From positions 130,734 to 154,733 of the forward strand of contig LM994625.1 of the NCBI GenBank assembly GCA_000752675.2: DNA of 24,000 nucleotides. The letters are read 5' to 3'. This document shows positions 1-8,747 of this stretch, in pieces. The notes under the pieces were generated by a model. That model did not search any database, had not been told where the DNA came from, and was given only the letters and a program-made list of their open reading frames with translations. The first letter of the stretch is position 1. Every line of letters begins with the position of its first letter. Made by a program: the position numbers and the translations under genes. Source of the DNA: a bacterium OL-1 (GTDB lineage: Bacteria > Actinomycetota > Coriobacteriia > Coriobacteriales > Atopobiaceae).

Positions 1-347
1 AGCGCCGCGGAGCGCTTCTCGCCAAGGGAATGGTCACGGGCATCCAGTTTGAGACGCTGCTCGACGATGGCCTCTACCAGCAGATTGGCGCTCAGGCAGT
101 AGCGCAGGCAGAGCGAGTTTCCCAGGCCCTCAAGGCCGCGGGCTGCGAGCTCATGCACCCGCAGGAGACCAACCAGGTGTTTGTCGCACTTGACGAGAAG
201 CTCTATGCACAGCTTTCTGCCCGCGTGGAGATGAGTTTCTGGGAGCAGCTGGCCGACGGCCGCACCGTCGTGCGCCTGGCCACGAGCTGGGCGACTGCGG
301 ATGAGGACGTAGATGCGCTTGTTGAGCTACTTGGCACGAGCCAATAG
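1..347 (+). CDS. ltaE: Threonine aldolase / beta-eliminating lyase family protein, C-terminal part (5' end outside window)
   Basis: The frame is open from the window edge to TAG at 345-347. The C-terminal pattern ETNQVF...VVRLATSWATADEDVD resembles LtaE-type C-termini (TNMLF...VRLVTHLDV in E. coli, from memory). Local GC is about 65%. Confidence 0.6.
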   Translation, partial: RRGALLAKGMVTGIQFETLLDDGLYQQIGAQAVAQAERVSQALKAAGCELMHPQETNQVFVALDEKLYAQLSARVEMSFWEQLADGRTVVRLATSWATADEDVDALVELLGTSQ

Positions 348-391
348 ATCTCGCGGGCGGCTCCATGCCAGACGAAACCTCAAGGGTGGGC

Positions 392-479
392 GACAACAGC
401 CCCCCAACGGGTCGGTAACAACGAGCGAGTAAGCCGGACGGGGCAAACGGGATTATGTTGCCCGGCAAACTGATTGCAT
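392..479. repeat. Long copy of the dispersed repeat (..CGGTAACAACGAGCGAGTAAGCCGGACGGGGCAAACGGGATTATGTTGCCCGGCAAACTGATTGCAT), left copy
   Basis: By hand alignment, 413-465 matches 18072-18125 in 48 of 54 columns, in the same orientation. It ends in the short GGGATT..TTGCCCGGCAA..TTGCAT motif shared with five other sites. A 9-bp tandem (GATTGCATC/GATTGCATG) follows at 472-489. Confidence 0.7.
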
Positions 480-492
480 CGATTGCATGAGT

Positions 493-531
493 GCGCAGTA
501 CGGCCTACGTATCCAGCAGGCCGTACTGCGC
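493..531. terminator. Perfect 13-bp-stem hairpin between convergent genes (factor-independent terminator candidate, no U-tract)
   Basis: GCGCAGTACGGCC (493-505) and GGCCGTACTGCGC (519-531) are exact reverse complements with a 13-nt loop. The hairpin overlaps the stop codon and last 8 codons of the 505..699 ORF. Confidence 0.45.
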
Positions 532-699
532 GTACTTGTCGAGCATCATCTTGTAGAACATGCGGTTGGAGAAGTACTGGCGGTACGTGACCGTCTTCAC
601 CTTGCCCTCCGCCTTGAGCCTGTCCATCTCGGCCTGCTCGAACGCCGCTTGTTTCTGAACGTCCGCGAGCATCTCTTCGAACGCAGCCAGCCTGTCCAT
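505..699 (-). CDS. Hypothetical small protein (64 aa, predicted helical or coiled-coil)
   Basis: The ORF-track entry 505..738 starts at TTG. The internal ATG at 699 (MDRLAAFEEML...) is preceded by a purine-rich GGGGGTGTGACAGGA. I recognise no family. Confidence 0.4.
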   Translation of the reverse strand: MDRLAAFEEMLADVQKQAAFEQAEMDRLKAEGKVKTVTYRQYFSNRMFYKMMLDKYAQYGLLDT

Positions 700-955
700 T
701 CCTGTCACACCCCCAGTAGACGGCTCACCCCGGGACAACAGGACAGATGCGGGAGGTCTGCCCTACTCCGCCGGCTAGCGCTTGGAAACTGTCTACGCCA
801 TTCTCGCACGTTAAGCCATGGCTAGATTGCGGCTTGGGGGCTTTAGCCTCCAGGTTCGACCCTAAATAGCAAGCCGGGCTTGATGTTCCCAATTGCCTTC
901 GAAAAGTAAATTGAAATTGCCAGGCAAGGAGAACCAACAACAGAAAGGAAACGCC

Positions 956-1585
956 ATGGCTATCCAAATCAAGCGCTTTGAAGTATCGGAGAACTGCAAG
1001 GACATCGACACGGAAGCAATGCTCGCGGAGGTGGCCAAGCTTCGCGAATACGCACTGAATGGCATTGAGTCCGACTCGGACCTCATGGGGTCAATCCAGG
1101 CAATTGTGGCCTTCCAGCTGCCTGATGGGTCCTTCCCCGTGACTGTGGGCACTCCCTTGCCGTCCGACGCAAGCGTTGACCTTGTCTTCCGGCCGACCTA
1201 CTCCTGCTGCCAGGCCCTCGTCCACGCGCTGTCGCTCGGCATCAAGCCTGACGACGTTCGCGAGCCCCTCTCCCGCGGGCTAGCCGCTTGCTGCCGACGC
1301 AATCTGGAGGGACACGGCTACGAGGCCCTCGAGCGCCAGGCAGAGGACCTCGCGGACTTTGGCCATTGCGGACTTGCCAAGCTCCTCGACGAGGAGCCCG
1401 GCCTGTGCCCGGCATTCACACGCCTTGTTGGAAAGACCGTCCAGAGCTACAAGCACTCCCTCGAGACCGGCCACGTCGTCGATGCATGGGGCAAGGACCT
1501 CACGTCCAAGGTCTCGGCGGCAGTAGATGCCCTTGGCTGCGCGGACAGCAATGCACGAGAGGCCCTCTGGGCGGCTGCCGTCTAA
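956..1585 (+). CDS. Hypothetical protein, Cys-rich, 209 aa
   Basis: ATG at 956 is in frame within ORF 893..1585 and preceded by AAAGGAAAC. The QLPDGSF motif is reminiscent of prenyltransferase/terpene-cyclase alpha-alpha repeats, but I cannot assign a family. Confidence 0.55.
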   Translation: MAIQIKRFEVSENCKDIDTEAMLAEVAKLREYALNGIESDSDLMGSIQAIVAFQLPDGSFPVTVGTPLPSDASVDLVFRPTYSCCQALVHALSLGIKPDDVREPLSRGLAACCRRNLEGHGYEALERQAEDLADFGHCGLAKLLDEEPGLCPAFTRLVGKTVQSYKHSLETGHVVDAWGKDLTSKVSAAVDALGCADSNAREALWAAAV

Positions 1586-1616
1586 TGTGACCTCAGCGTC
1601 AGGCAAGTCTCGAATA

Positions 1617-1651
1617 CACTTGGTGTCCTGCCATCGGCGGGACACCAAGTG
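1617..1651. terminator. Perfect 12-bp-stem hairpin downstream of the 956..1585 CDS
   Basis: CACTTGGTGTCC (1617-1628) and GGACACCAAGTG (1640-1651) are exact reverse complements with an 11-nt loop and no U-tract. It covers the GTG at 1649 that opens the ORF-track entry. Confidence 0.45.
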
Positions 1652-1681
1652 CATCCCGTGGAGAAGGGAGTCGCGTTGAAC

Positions 1682-2269
1682 ATGGCCTTCGGAGTCCTTA
1701 GGTCGAGCGAGAACACGGCTAGACAGCGCAGGTCTGACCTTCGCGATGGCGTACGCATTGGGGACATGTGCGTGCAAGCCGATTTTGGCTACGGTGGTTC
1801 ATTCGAGTCGTCCGTGCATCCCATCATGCTGCCGCTCAACCTCTCCGAAGTCTACGTTATGCTCGTTGCCCTCAAGAAGTACGAGCTTGCCTGCGGAGAG
1901 GGCGACCCTCACGCCACGCTGGCAGCACGTTTGGCAAACATGGCATATGGCGAGCTCAGTGCCTACGCAAAGAAGAAGCTCGCTGACCGTCTCAGCGAGG
2001 CTGGATACGTTTTCCGTCCCGAGGGACCCGCATTCCGCGACGACATGCACGGGTCCTCGGAATGGGTCAAGTTTGAGAAAAGTGGCGTACGCGTAGCAGT
2101 TGAGCTGGATGAGGGCCAGTCGCTCGTGGGTGTGATTGTGGGCGTGGGCAGGTGCCGAGGTGACAAGCCAGGAGACCGTCGCCCGGGACTCACACTGCGC
2201 CTGGATGACGGAAGCGAGATATCTGTACCTTGGTCCCAGGTGGTTAGCATCGATAAGACAGAGGGGTAG
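1682..2269 (+). CDS. Hypothetical protein (195 aa)
   Basis: This is the ORF 1649..2269 frame. ATG at 1682 has GAAGGGAG about 11 nt upstream, whereas the GTG at 1649 sits inside the hairpin stem. I recognise no family. Confidence 0.5.
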   Translation: MAFGVLRSSENTARQRRSDLRDGVRIGDMCVQADFGYGGSFESSVHPIMLPLNLSEVYVMLVALKKYELACGEGDPHATLAARLANMAYGELSAYAKKKLADRLSEAGYVFRPEGPAFRDDMHGSSEWVKFEKSGVRVAVELDEGQSLVGVIVGVGRCRGDKPGDRRPGLTLRLDDGSEISVPWSQVVSIDKTEG

Positions 2270-2303
2270 TAATCGCAGGCGGCGCCCCAGAGCGTTGCAT
2301 CAC

Positions 2304-2336
2304 GCGGGATTGATTTGCCGAGTAACTCAATCCCGC
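2304..2336. terminator. Perfect 10-bp-stem hairpin between convergent genes; also a palindromised copy of the dispersed motif
   Basis: GCGGGATTGA (2304-2313) and TCAATCCCGC (2327-2336) are exact reverse complements with a 13-nt loop. GGGATTGATTTGCCGAGTAACTCAATCCC resembles the GGGATTGAGTTGCCCGGCAACT.. motif. It overlaps the pepV stop codon at 2327-2329. Confidence 0.5.
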
Positions 2337-3730
2337 AGCACCGACAGCCGCTCCAAGGCACTGATGTAGGTGCAGAGCGCCCGCCTTAGCGACCCCTCAG
2401 ATGCCGCCTCGTTTGGTCCGTGTATCCCGCCGACCCAAGACGGGGTACTCTCATCGGGGTCGCCAATCGGCCCAAATCCCACGGCGTACGGAAAGCGTTT
2501 CGCATAGGTTCCGCCGCCAAGAGTTACAGGCTTGGCCGCATCGCCAAACCACTCCGCGTAGCAGTCTAAAAGCACTTGCACCTCGCGCCTCTCGGGATCA
2601 ACGTAGAGCAGCGAGCCCCTATGTACCTCTGCATACTCGACTCCGTACTCCACGCACACCTTCTCGATACCAGCGGAGATGGCATCAGGGCTAGTCGACT
2701 TTGGGTATCGGCAGTCGGTGGTCTGTACGAAATGCCCGTCCCTTGTCTCAATTGTCCCGCTAATGATGGTCAGCGGCGTGAATAGGTCGTCCGTCGCGTT
2801 GATACCAAACGCCGAGCCATCCGTGGACGAGAAGACAATGTTCTCGAACTCGAGCCATCGCCGCTCGCGCACTGAGCCAACGCCATTCTGCAGCAAGTAC
2901 CTCACCAGCACGCCAATTGCGCTCACGGTGCCTTCGGGTTCCGCTGCATGTCCACCCGTGCCCCGTGCCAGAACCTCAGACAGCCCTGCTCCGGCTGCCC
3001 TCACCGTAACGCCTTTCTCTGCCGGAAGCTCATCAGCGCTCACGCGGACAATCGCCCTGGCAGACGCGGCAACCGCATTCCTAACCGTCCCTCCGGCGAT
3101 CTCGACGATCTTCCCCTGTGAATCGCACTTCCAGGCAAGCTCGGCATTGTGAGAGCCCTTCTCACCACAAACCACGGGCCATGCAGAATCCGGAGTGAAC
3201 AGGAAGTCTGGCGCGGCATAGTTGCGAACGTACCACCGCGCGTCATCCATTCCTGTTTCCTCGTTCGCTCCAAGCAGGATGCGGACGGCCTTTCGATCTG
3301 CCGCACAGTCGTGCGTCGAAAGGAAGCGTGCTGCCCACAGCGTCAGAACAGCCGGTCCCTTGTCGTCAAGCACTCCCCTTCCCACAAGATAGCCTTCGCG
3401 CCGTTGCAGAGCGAGGGGATCCGAACTCCATCCAGGACCCGCAGGCACTACATCCAAGTGCGCGATTGTCGCCACCTGGCCATCACGCTCGCCCGGAACA
3501 TCGGCAAAGCCGATAATCCCGCCGCAGTCGTGAGCCTGGAGACCAAGCCTCGACGCCATTCTCAGCGCACAGTTGAGGGCATCCCGCGGTCCCTTGCCCC
3601 ATGGCGCATCGGGCCCTGCAGTGGCCGAATCCCCAATACTCTGAATGCTGACAAGCTCTGCGATGTCGGCAACAATCGCCGACCAGTTGTTGTCAACAAA
3701 ACGACTAATGCACTCTTTGCTTGATGCCAT
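2327..3730 (-). CDS. pepV: M20-family dipeptidase, PepV/Sapep type
   Basis: 467 aa counted from ATG 3730, which has a GGAGGG RBS 8 nt upstream. Motifs HLDVVPAG, DDKGP, GANEETG and GEKG match PepV-type M20 metallopeptidases. Confidence 0.85.
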   Translation of the reverse strand: MASSKECISRFVDNNWSAIVADIAELVSIQSIGDSATAGPDAPWGKGPRDALNCALRMASRLGLQAHDCGGIIGFADVPGERDGQVATIAHLDVVPAGPGWSSDPLALQRREGYLVGRGVLDDKGPAVLTLWAARFLSTHDCAADRKAVRILLGANEETGMDDARWYVRNYAAPDFLFTPDSAWPVVCGEKGSHNAELAWKCDSQGKIVEIAGGTVRNAVAASARAIVRVSADELPAEKGVTVRAAGAGLSEVLARGTGGHAAEPEGTVSAIGVLVRYLLQNGVGSVRERRWLEFENIVFSSTDGSAFGINATDDLFTPLTIISGTIETRDGHFVQTTDCRYPKSTSPDAISAGIEKVCVEYGVEYAEVHRGSLLYVDPERREVQVLLDCYAEWFGDAAKPVTLGGGTYAKRFPYAVGFGPIGDPDESTPSWVGGIHGPNEAASEGSLRRALCTYISALERLSVLRD

Positions 3731-5459
3731 CAGAGTTTCCCTCCAGCACCTCAAGTAGTTCCTGATACCTCATGCCGGAATGGGGAGAGGCAACGGTCCC
3801 AAGCATTGAGTAGAGGTACGAGAATATCGAGCTCTTATCCTCCTGGCGCTTGCTAACCAGCACCACGATAATCAGGCTAATGGGTTCATCCTCGACTTTG
3901 ACAGGTGTGTCAAGCGTGAGCGCAAGTAGCCGTGGCCTGTCTGCCGGCGTTAAGGTAATGCAATGCGGTACCGCAACGCCGTTGAAGCGCAGACACTGGC
4001 CCTGACACTCTCGCGCCATTATGGACGCGACCTCTTCCTTTCGGATAACTCCCCTCTCGAGGAAAAGCTCGAGGCCGCAAGAGAGCATGGAAAGATATCC
4101 GTCACCGGCAACTCCAATCTCCGCGAAGGAGACTTCGGGGAGAATGTCTGGAAGCGACGTACGGTACTGTGAGTCCGTAACTGCGCGCTTTAGAGCTGCC
4201 AAGTCTGCATCGCTCAGAATCCCCCGACAAACAAGATTCCAAGGGAGCCTCTCGAGGCCCTTGTCCGCGAAGGAGTCGTCTCTGATGAGTATCGAGTACG
4301 CACCCGTGCCATACTCCCTTTCTGCCGATTGAACGTCATACACGGAAGTAACCGTCACGTTGTCAAACGTATTCTCGAGCATGGCTCGGTTCACTGACTC
4401 AAGTGACCTTCTCCCGCAGAGCAGCAGAATCGCAAGGGACTGTCCTGTCGAGCAGAGCCCTGTACCTATCACGTAGAGGGCACAGAGCTCGTGCTCCAAG
4501 AACACGTCCTTGCGCAGTGACTCAAGGTACTCGCAGAGGTCCTGGGCAAAGTCGAACTCAATGGGATGATCTATGCGAATGCGGTTAACCTGAGTTCTAA
4601 ACTCATCTGTCATGAGCGTGGTGAACATTGCAGAGCGGGCAATGTGCTCGAACATGACGGTGGGAAGGTCGGGCCGCGATACCCTCATACCGTGTGAGGC
4701 GAGAAGATCGGAAGCTCTGCCAATCAACTCGTAGCGATGCGCAAGGAGCCACGAGTGGAGGTCGCGCTTCCTCGAGATGAGCCTGTCGATTGACGCGCGC
4801 GCAACAGTGAGCGAGAGGGGCTCTCCAAGCTCGAACGGGGCTGTGACGATTGCCGCATAGACCTGCGTGCGTGCTTCCTGGAGCGTCAGCCAGGGCTCCA
4901 TTTCCTGCTGGAAGGACTCTATCTCCTGTGACATAAGCCCGGCGGCAGTCATCCAGGGACCAGCAAGCGTCTGGAGCTCAGTGAGCACTGCACGATCGCG
5001 GGCAGCGAGCGCTGCGACAAAGTCTGCCGGTGAAGACTTCTCGAACACAACCTCTATACCCCGCCCACTCTTCATCTCGATAGAGAGCGTGCGGGAGTAT
5101 CGACGGTTTGCGGAACCAACGCATGCCCTCACGGTGGCATTCGAGAGCCCCGTGCGCTCCTCGACGTCCATCACGGTAGGACGAGGAGAGCTAAGGATTG
5201 CCAGCAGCATAGCCGTCTCATCATCGAAGACCGAGGAGAGAAGTGCATCGAGGGCGTCTTGAGACTGGATTGAGAGCCTGTAGATTGGCTCGGCCTCGAT
5301 AAGTCCGGCCCCGGTCCTCCGCAAGATGTCATTCGCCCGTGCTATGTCACGAAGTACCGTCCTCCTAGAGACGCCTAGGCGAGTGGCCAATTCGGCGCCG
5401 GATGCCGGTCCCTCTCGCAGCGCGAGCACTATAGAGCGTTCTCGACCGCTGAACCTCAT
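3705..5459 (-). CDS. PTS-controlled transcriptional regulator with HTH, PRD, EIIB-like and EIIA-like domains (MtlR/LicR/ManR type)
   Basis: 584 aa counted from ATG 5459. There is an N-terminal winged HTH (GAELATRLGVSRRTVLRDI), a second HTH-like segment and central PRD-like repeats. An EIIB(Gat)-like Cys segment (AILLLCGRRS) and a C-terminal EIIA(Mtl/Fru)-like domain with VAVPHC complete the protein. Confidence 0.8.
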   Translation of the reverse strand: MRFSGRERSIVLALREGPASGAELATRLGVSRRTVLRDIARANDILRRTGAGLIEAEPIYRLSIQSQDALDALLSSVFDDETAMLLAILSSPRPTVMDVEERTGLSNATVRACVGSANRRYSRTLSIEMKSGRGIEVVFEKSSPADFVAALAARDRAVLTELQTLAGPWMTAAGLMSQEIESFQQEMEPWLTLQEARTQVYAAIVTAPFELGEPLSLTVARASIDRLISRKRDLHSWLLAHRYELIGRASDLLASHGMRVSRPDLPTVMFEHIARSAMFTTLMTDEFRTQVNRIRIDHPIEFDFAQDLCEYLESLRKDVFLEHELCALYVIGTGLCSTGQSLAILLLCGRRSLESVNRAMLENTFDNVTVTSVYDVQSAEREYGTGAYSILIRDDSFADKGLERLPWNLVCRGILSDADLAALKRAVTDSQYRTSLPDILPEVSFAEIGVAGDGYLSMLSCGLELFLERGVIRKEEVASIMARECQGQCLRFNGVAVPHCITLTPADRPRLLALTLDTPVKVEDEPISLIIVVLVSKRQEDKSSIFSYLYSMLGTVASPHSGMRYQELLEVLEGNSDGIKQRVH

Positions 5460-6616
5460 AGGCTCCGCACCCCCGCCAAAAGGCCTTTGAGACCCTCCTC
5501 TAGTTTTGACCGCGGACATGCCACGCACATTCTCAGGTACTTGTCATCGCCGTAGGCAGCACCGTTCATGATGCCAACATGCCCCACGTGCACCAACGCG
5601 TCCTGCAAACGCGCAGCGCTCACGCCAAGTGCCGAGGCGTCCATCCAAGCAAGATACGTCCCCTGAGGAACCGAGAACCTAATCTCCGGAATGTTCGTCG
5701 AGAGGAACTCCCCAATGGCATCCATGTTCGCACGAATGTAGGAGCGCAGGTCGTCGACGTACTGGTCGCACTTGCGATAACCTGCCGATTGAGCGTACAT
5801 TCCCAGGATGCTCGTGCTAGATAGCGCGTTGCGCTGCTTGAGCTCAAAGAGAAATTCCTCACGCAGGCCCTTCTCGGGAAAGAACGCGTACGACCCAATA
5901 AGCCCAGCGGTGTTGAACGTCTTCGATGACGAGCAGGCAAGCGCGGTGTTCTTCTCGGTAACCTCTGTGATAGGCGTATAGGGCACATCGCCAATGATGA
6001 TGTCGCGATGGATATCGTCTGAGATAAGGAAGGTGTTAGTCTCAGCGCATATCGAGGCAATTCTCTGCAGCTCGGCCTTCGTGAACACCTTGCCAGTTGG
6101 ATTGTGGGGGTTGGTCAGGAGAAACACCTTTGCAAGGGGATCAGTGCATGCCCGTTCGAGACCATCCCAGTCAATCTGGTAGTCATCCATGGCAGACGAG
6201 AGGCTAACAGGAACTAGTACCCTCCCGTTTCCGCGGATAGCGCCAAAGAACGCATCATACATTGGGGAGAAGGTTACAACCGCATCCCCAGGGTTTGACT
6301 TGAGCCTGATCAGCGTTGCGACCGTAAAGATAACGCTAGGACTGTAGACAATCCATTCGGGATTGACGCGTGCCCCTCCCCTGCGGTCAAACCACTCCAC
6401 GATGGGCTGCTTGAACCCATCGTGATTCCAACGCGTATAGCCAAGTATGGGGTGGTCGAGACGACTTTTAATGGCGGTGAGAATCTCATCGGGAACCGAA
6501 AAGTCAGCATCGGAAATGGAGAAGGGAATCACGTCTGAAGACCCAAAACGGTCTGCAGCGTAATCCCACTGTGTGCAATAGGTTCCATGCCTGTCAATGA
6601 CCTCATTGAAGTCCAT
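5456..6616 (-). CDS. MalY/PatB-family PLP-dependent C-S lyase (class I/II aminotransferase fold)
   Basis: 386 aa. The N-terminus DRHGTYCTQWDY and the motifs LLTNPHNPTGKVF and SSSKTFN (PLP lysine) are typical of MalY/PatB cystathionine beta-lyase-like enzymes. Confidence 0.85.
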   Translation of the reverse strand: MDFNEVIDRHGTYCTQWDYAADRFGSSDVIPFSISDADFSVPDEILTAIKSRLDHPILGYTRWNHDGFKQPIVEWFDRRGGARVNPEWIVYSPSVIFTVATLIRLKSNPGDAVVTFSPMYDAFFGAIRGNGRVLVPVSLSSAMDDYQIDWDGLERACTDPLAKVFLLTNPHNPTGKVFTKAELQRIASICAETNTFLISDDIHRDIIIGDVPYTPITEVTEKNTALACSSSKTFNTAGLIGSYAFFPEKGLREEFLFELKQRNALSSTSILGMYAQSAGYRKCDQYVDDLRSYIRANMDAIGEFLSTNIPEIRFSVPQGTYLAWMDASALGVSAARLQDALVHVGHVGIMNGAAYGDDKYLRMCVACPRSKLEEGLKGLLAGVRSL

Positions 6617-6648
6617 ATTGCGCTCGACCCCCTTGATTTCATTGGCGA

Positions 6649-6680
6649 GCTGGCACCCGCCTCACAGGACAGGTGCCAGC
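6649..6680 (-). other. Intercistronic perfect 9-bp-stem hairpin between PTS EIIBC and the C-S lyase gene
   Basis: GCTGGCACC (6649-6657) and GGTGCCAGC (6672-6680) are exact reverse complements with a 14-nt loop. It lies in the 98-nt gap between the two genes. Confidence 0.5.
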
Positions 6681-6714
6681 GTACCAGCAATCAGTTACAT
6701 CACGAGATGACGTC

Positions 6715-8154
6715 CTATGCGGCCTGCTGCGCCTTCTCGGCCTGGCGCTTAAGCCAGATTGACTTGAAGATAATGATCAGAGCCACGTTAAGCACAAGCC
6801 CCACTGCGACTGCGATGTAGTAGGCCCACGCAGGAGAAATCAGTCCGAGAAGAGGATCGAAGATGCCAATCCCGGGGGCAATGCGCTGCACACCCAGTGC
6901 CATGGAGATTGCGCCAGCAACGCCACCGGCAATGACGTTCGCAGAAATCATTGGCAGGGGAGCGGCAAGTGCATACGGGATGGCGGGCTCGGTTGCGACC
7001 GTAGCGCCAACGATAAGTGCAGGAATCGCAGCGTCACGCTCGCCCTCGGTGAACAGGGAAGGACGAATCCAAGTTGCGATGGCGGCTGCCATGGGCGGCA
7101 GGATGGTCACAACGCCAACGATGCCATACCAGTCGTAGACGCCAGAAGCAACCAGCGAGAAGGAGAAGAACCACGCAGCCTTATTGACAGGGCCACCCAT
7201 GTCGAAGGCAAGCATGGCGCCAACCAGGAAGGCACCCGCAAGCTTTGCACCCTCAGGAATACTCGAAAGCATGACGACCAGGCCGTTCATAAGGGCAGCG
7301 GCGATGGGTCCAATGAAGTAGTAGGTCAGAAGCGCAAAGACGAGCAGACTGACAAACGGGATAATAAGGAAACCCATCAGGCCGTGCATGTTCTTAGGAA
7401 GCTGAATCTTCCTCAGGGCGTTAGCAAAGTAGCCAACGAGGATGCCGATGATCACCGCGCCAATGAAGCCGGCACCCGTCTGGGTACCCAGCAGGTCAGC
7501 GCTGTTCGCAAGGTAGGAGCAGATGAACGCGGGGGCGAGTGCGGGCTTGCCGCCAATGGACTGTGCAATCCACGCGCCCATGACGGGAACCATGAAGGAG
7601 AAGCCCAGCGAACCAATGGTGTTGAGCACCCACGCTATGGATGCAACCTGGCCATCGGCCGGCTCGATGTTGGGGGCACCAAACTGAATCATGATCGAGC
7701 CGATGGCCATGAGAAGGCCGCCGCCAATCACGAACGGCAGAGCAGCGGAAACACCAGCCATCAGGTGGTTCATGAACCCGGTCACAGCGCCGGTGCCATT
7801 ACGACCACCGAGGTCAACCGAGGTGGCTCGATACAGCTTTGCCTCTCCCTCGAGATTGCCCATCACGGAGTCGATGTTCTTCAGGGCCTCGGACACCGGG
7901 AGCTCGATGACCTTTTTGCCATCGAAGCGCACACGGTCATCCTCGTCCATACCCTTGCCAAGGGCGAGGATGACATAGTCGGCATCCTTAATCTGGTCCT
8001 TGGTCAGCTGGTTCTCGACACCATTGGCACCCTGGGTCTCGACGTGAACTTCGTAGCCGAGGGCCTCACCTTTGGTTTTAATCGCCTCCGCCACCATGTA
8101 GGTGTGCGCGATGCCAGCTGGACAGTTGGTCACCGCAACGATCGATTTGGACAT
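6715..8154 (-). CDS. PTS fructose-family transporter subunit EIIBC
   Basis: 479 aa counted from ATG 8154, preceded by an AAAGGAG RBS. The N-terminal EIIB(Fru) motif is NCPAGIAHTYMVAEA, followed by a polytopic EIIC domain. Confidence 0.9.
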   Translation of the reverse strand: MSKSIVAVTNCPAGIAHTYMVAEAIKTKGEALGYEVHVETQGANGVENQLTKDQIKDADYVILALGKGMDEDDRVRFDGKKVIELPVSEALKNIDSVMGNLEGEAKLYRATSVDLGGRNGTGAVTGFMNHLMAGVSAALPFVIGGGLLMAIGSIMIQFGAPNIEPADGQVASIAWVLNTIGSLGFSFMVPVMGAWIAQSIGGKPALAPAFICSYLANSADLLGTQTGAGFIGAVIIGILVGYFANALRKIQLPKNMHGLMGFLIIPFVSLLVFALLTYYFIGPIAAALMNGLVVMLSSIPEGAKLAGAFLVGAMLAFDMGGPVNKAAWFFSFSLVASGVYDWYGIVGVVTILPPMAAAIATWIRPSLFTEGERDAAIPALIVGATVATEPAIPYALAAPLPMISANVIAGGVAGAISMALGVQRIAPGIGIFDPLLGLISPAWAYYIAVAVGLVLNVALIIIFKSIWLKRQAEKAQQAA

Positions 8155-8221
8155 TGCCCGCTCCTTTCTACTGGCCGACAACGGTCGGCACGCCATTCAG
8201 ATAAGCCCCGTCCCCTCGTCC

Positions 8222-8674
8222 TCAGGAGGCGTTGCCCGAAAGCACTCCATCGATTGCCTCGAATACCTCATCATCAGTGCCCTTGTTGAGTATCTCTACG
8301 AACTCGGGGTGCACGAGCTTGCGGCTAAGCGATGAGAGCAGCCGGAGGTGCTCAGAGTTCGCCCCGCTGGGAACCAGGATGGAGATAACGGTCTGGACCG
8401 GCTTGCCATCAATCGAGTTCCACTCGACAGGTTGGGACAGCCGCGCAAAGAGCACCGTGGGCTCAGAGACATCATCAGTCTTGGAATGAGGAATGGCGAT
8501 GCCTCCTCCAAAGCCAGTCGATGCCTCCTCCTCTCGCTCCTTGTAGTCACGCACTATTGCCTGCGCATCGTGGGCAAGCCCCAAGCTCACCGCACGTTCC
8601 GCGAGCCTCTCGAAAACCTCTTCCTGGGTTTTCACATCAATTGTTCCGAGAATGTTTCCGCGAGTGAAGAGCAT
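8222..8674 (-). CDS. PTS EIIA component (fructose/mannitol, PTS_EIIA_2 type)
   Basis: 150 aa counted from ATG 8674, preceded by a GGAGGGG RBS. It carries the phosphorylatable-His motif GIAIPHSK. Confidence 0.85.
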   Translation of the reverse strand: MLFTRGNILGTIDVKTQEEVFERLAERAVSLGLAHDAQAIVRDYKEREEEASTGFGGGIAIPHSKTDDVSEPTVLFARLSQPVEWNSIDGKPVQTVISILVPSGANSEHLRLLSSLSRKLVHPEFVEILNKGTDDEVFEAIDGVLSGNAS

Positions 8675-8747
8675 GTCCCCTCCCCTTCCACATGGCCTCA
8701 CCCAGCCGACGGCCAGTAAATTGAGGTGCTCCGCTTGGACTTGCCTG

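Noticed and set aside
151-468. 105-aa minus-strand ORF overlapping the threonine aldolase 3' end and the repeat.
   Set aside because: It is antisense to a recognisable gene. Its composition is Pro/Arg/Ala-rich and low-complexity, and it runs through the dispersed repeat.
392-479. Whether the flanking direct repeats are duplicated tRNA 3' ends (a classic att site).
   Set aside because: I compared them by eye with the tRNA-fMet sequence (18616-18692) and found no shared segment. The island hypothesis is kept, but without a tRNA-derived att claim.
3705-5528. The longer start codons offered by the ORF track: 5528 for the regulator, 8196 for EIIBC, 8701 for EIIA, 3754 for pepV, 21332 for the membrane protein, 1649 and 893 for the hypotheticals.
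   Set aside because: The extensions overlap upstream genes or hairpins, use GTG/TTG or lack an RBS. In-frame ATGs with GGAGG-like sites, or with ATGA/TAATG coupling, give products that match family N-termini.
6649-6680. The intercistronic hairpin as a RAT/terminator target of a BglG-type antiterminator.
   Set aside because: The PRD regulator has N-terminal DNA-binding HTH domains rather than a CAT RNA-binding domain. No RAT-like sequence overlaps the stem, and no U-tract follows it.
7384-8289. Long plus-strand ORFs antisense to clearly assignable minus-strand genes. Examples: 7384..8289, 11822..12619, 13571..14788, 18781..19617, 19644..20510, 20532..21308, 21194..22552 and 22725..23387.
   Set aside because: Each is a mirror frame of a gene with strong family motifs on the other strand. 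Their translations are low-complexity and Arg/Gly/His/Val-rich, as expected for shadow ORFs in GC-rich DNA, and none has an RBS or a recognisable domain.
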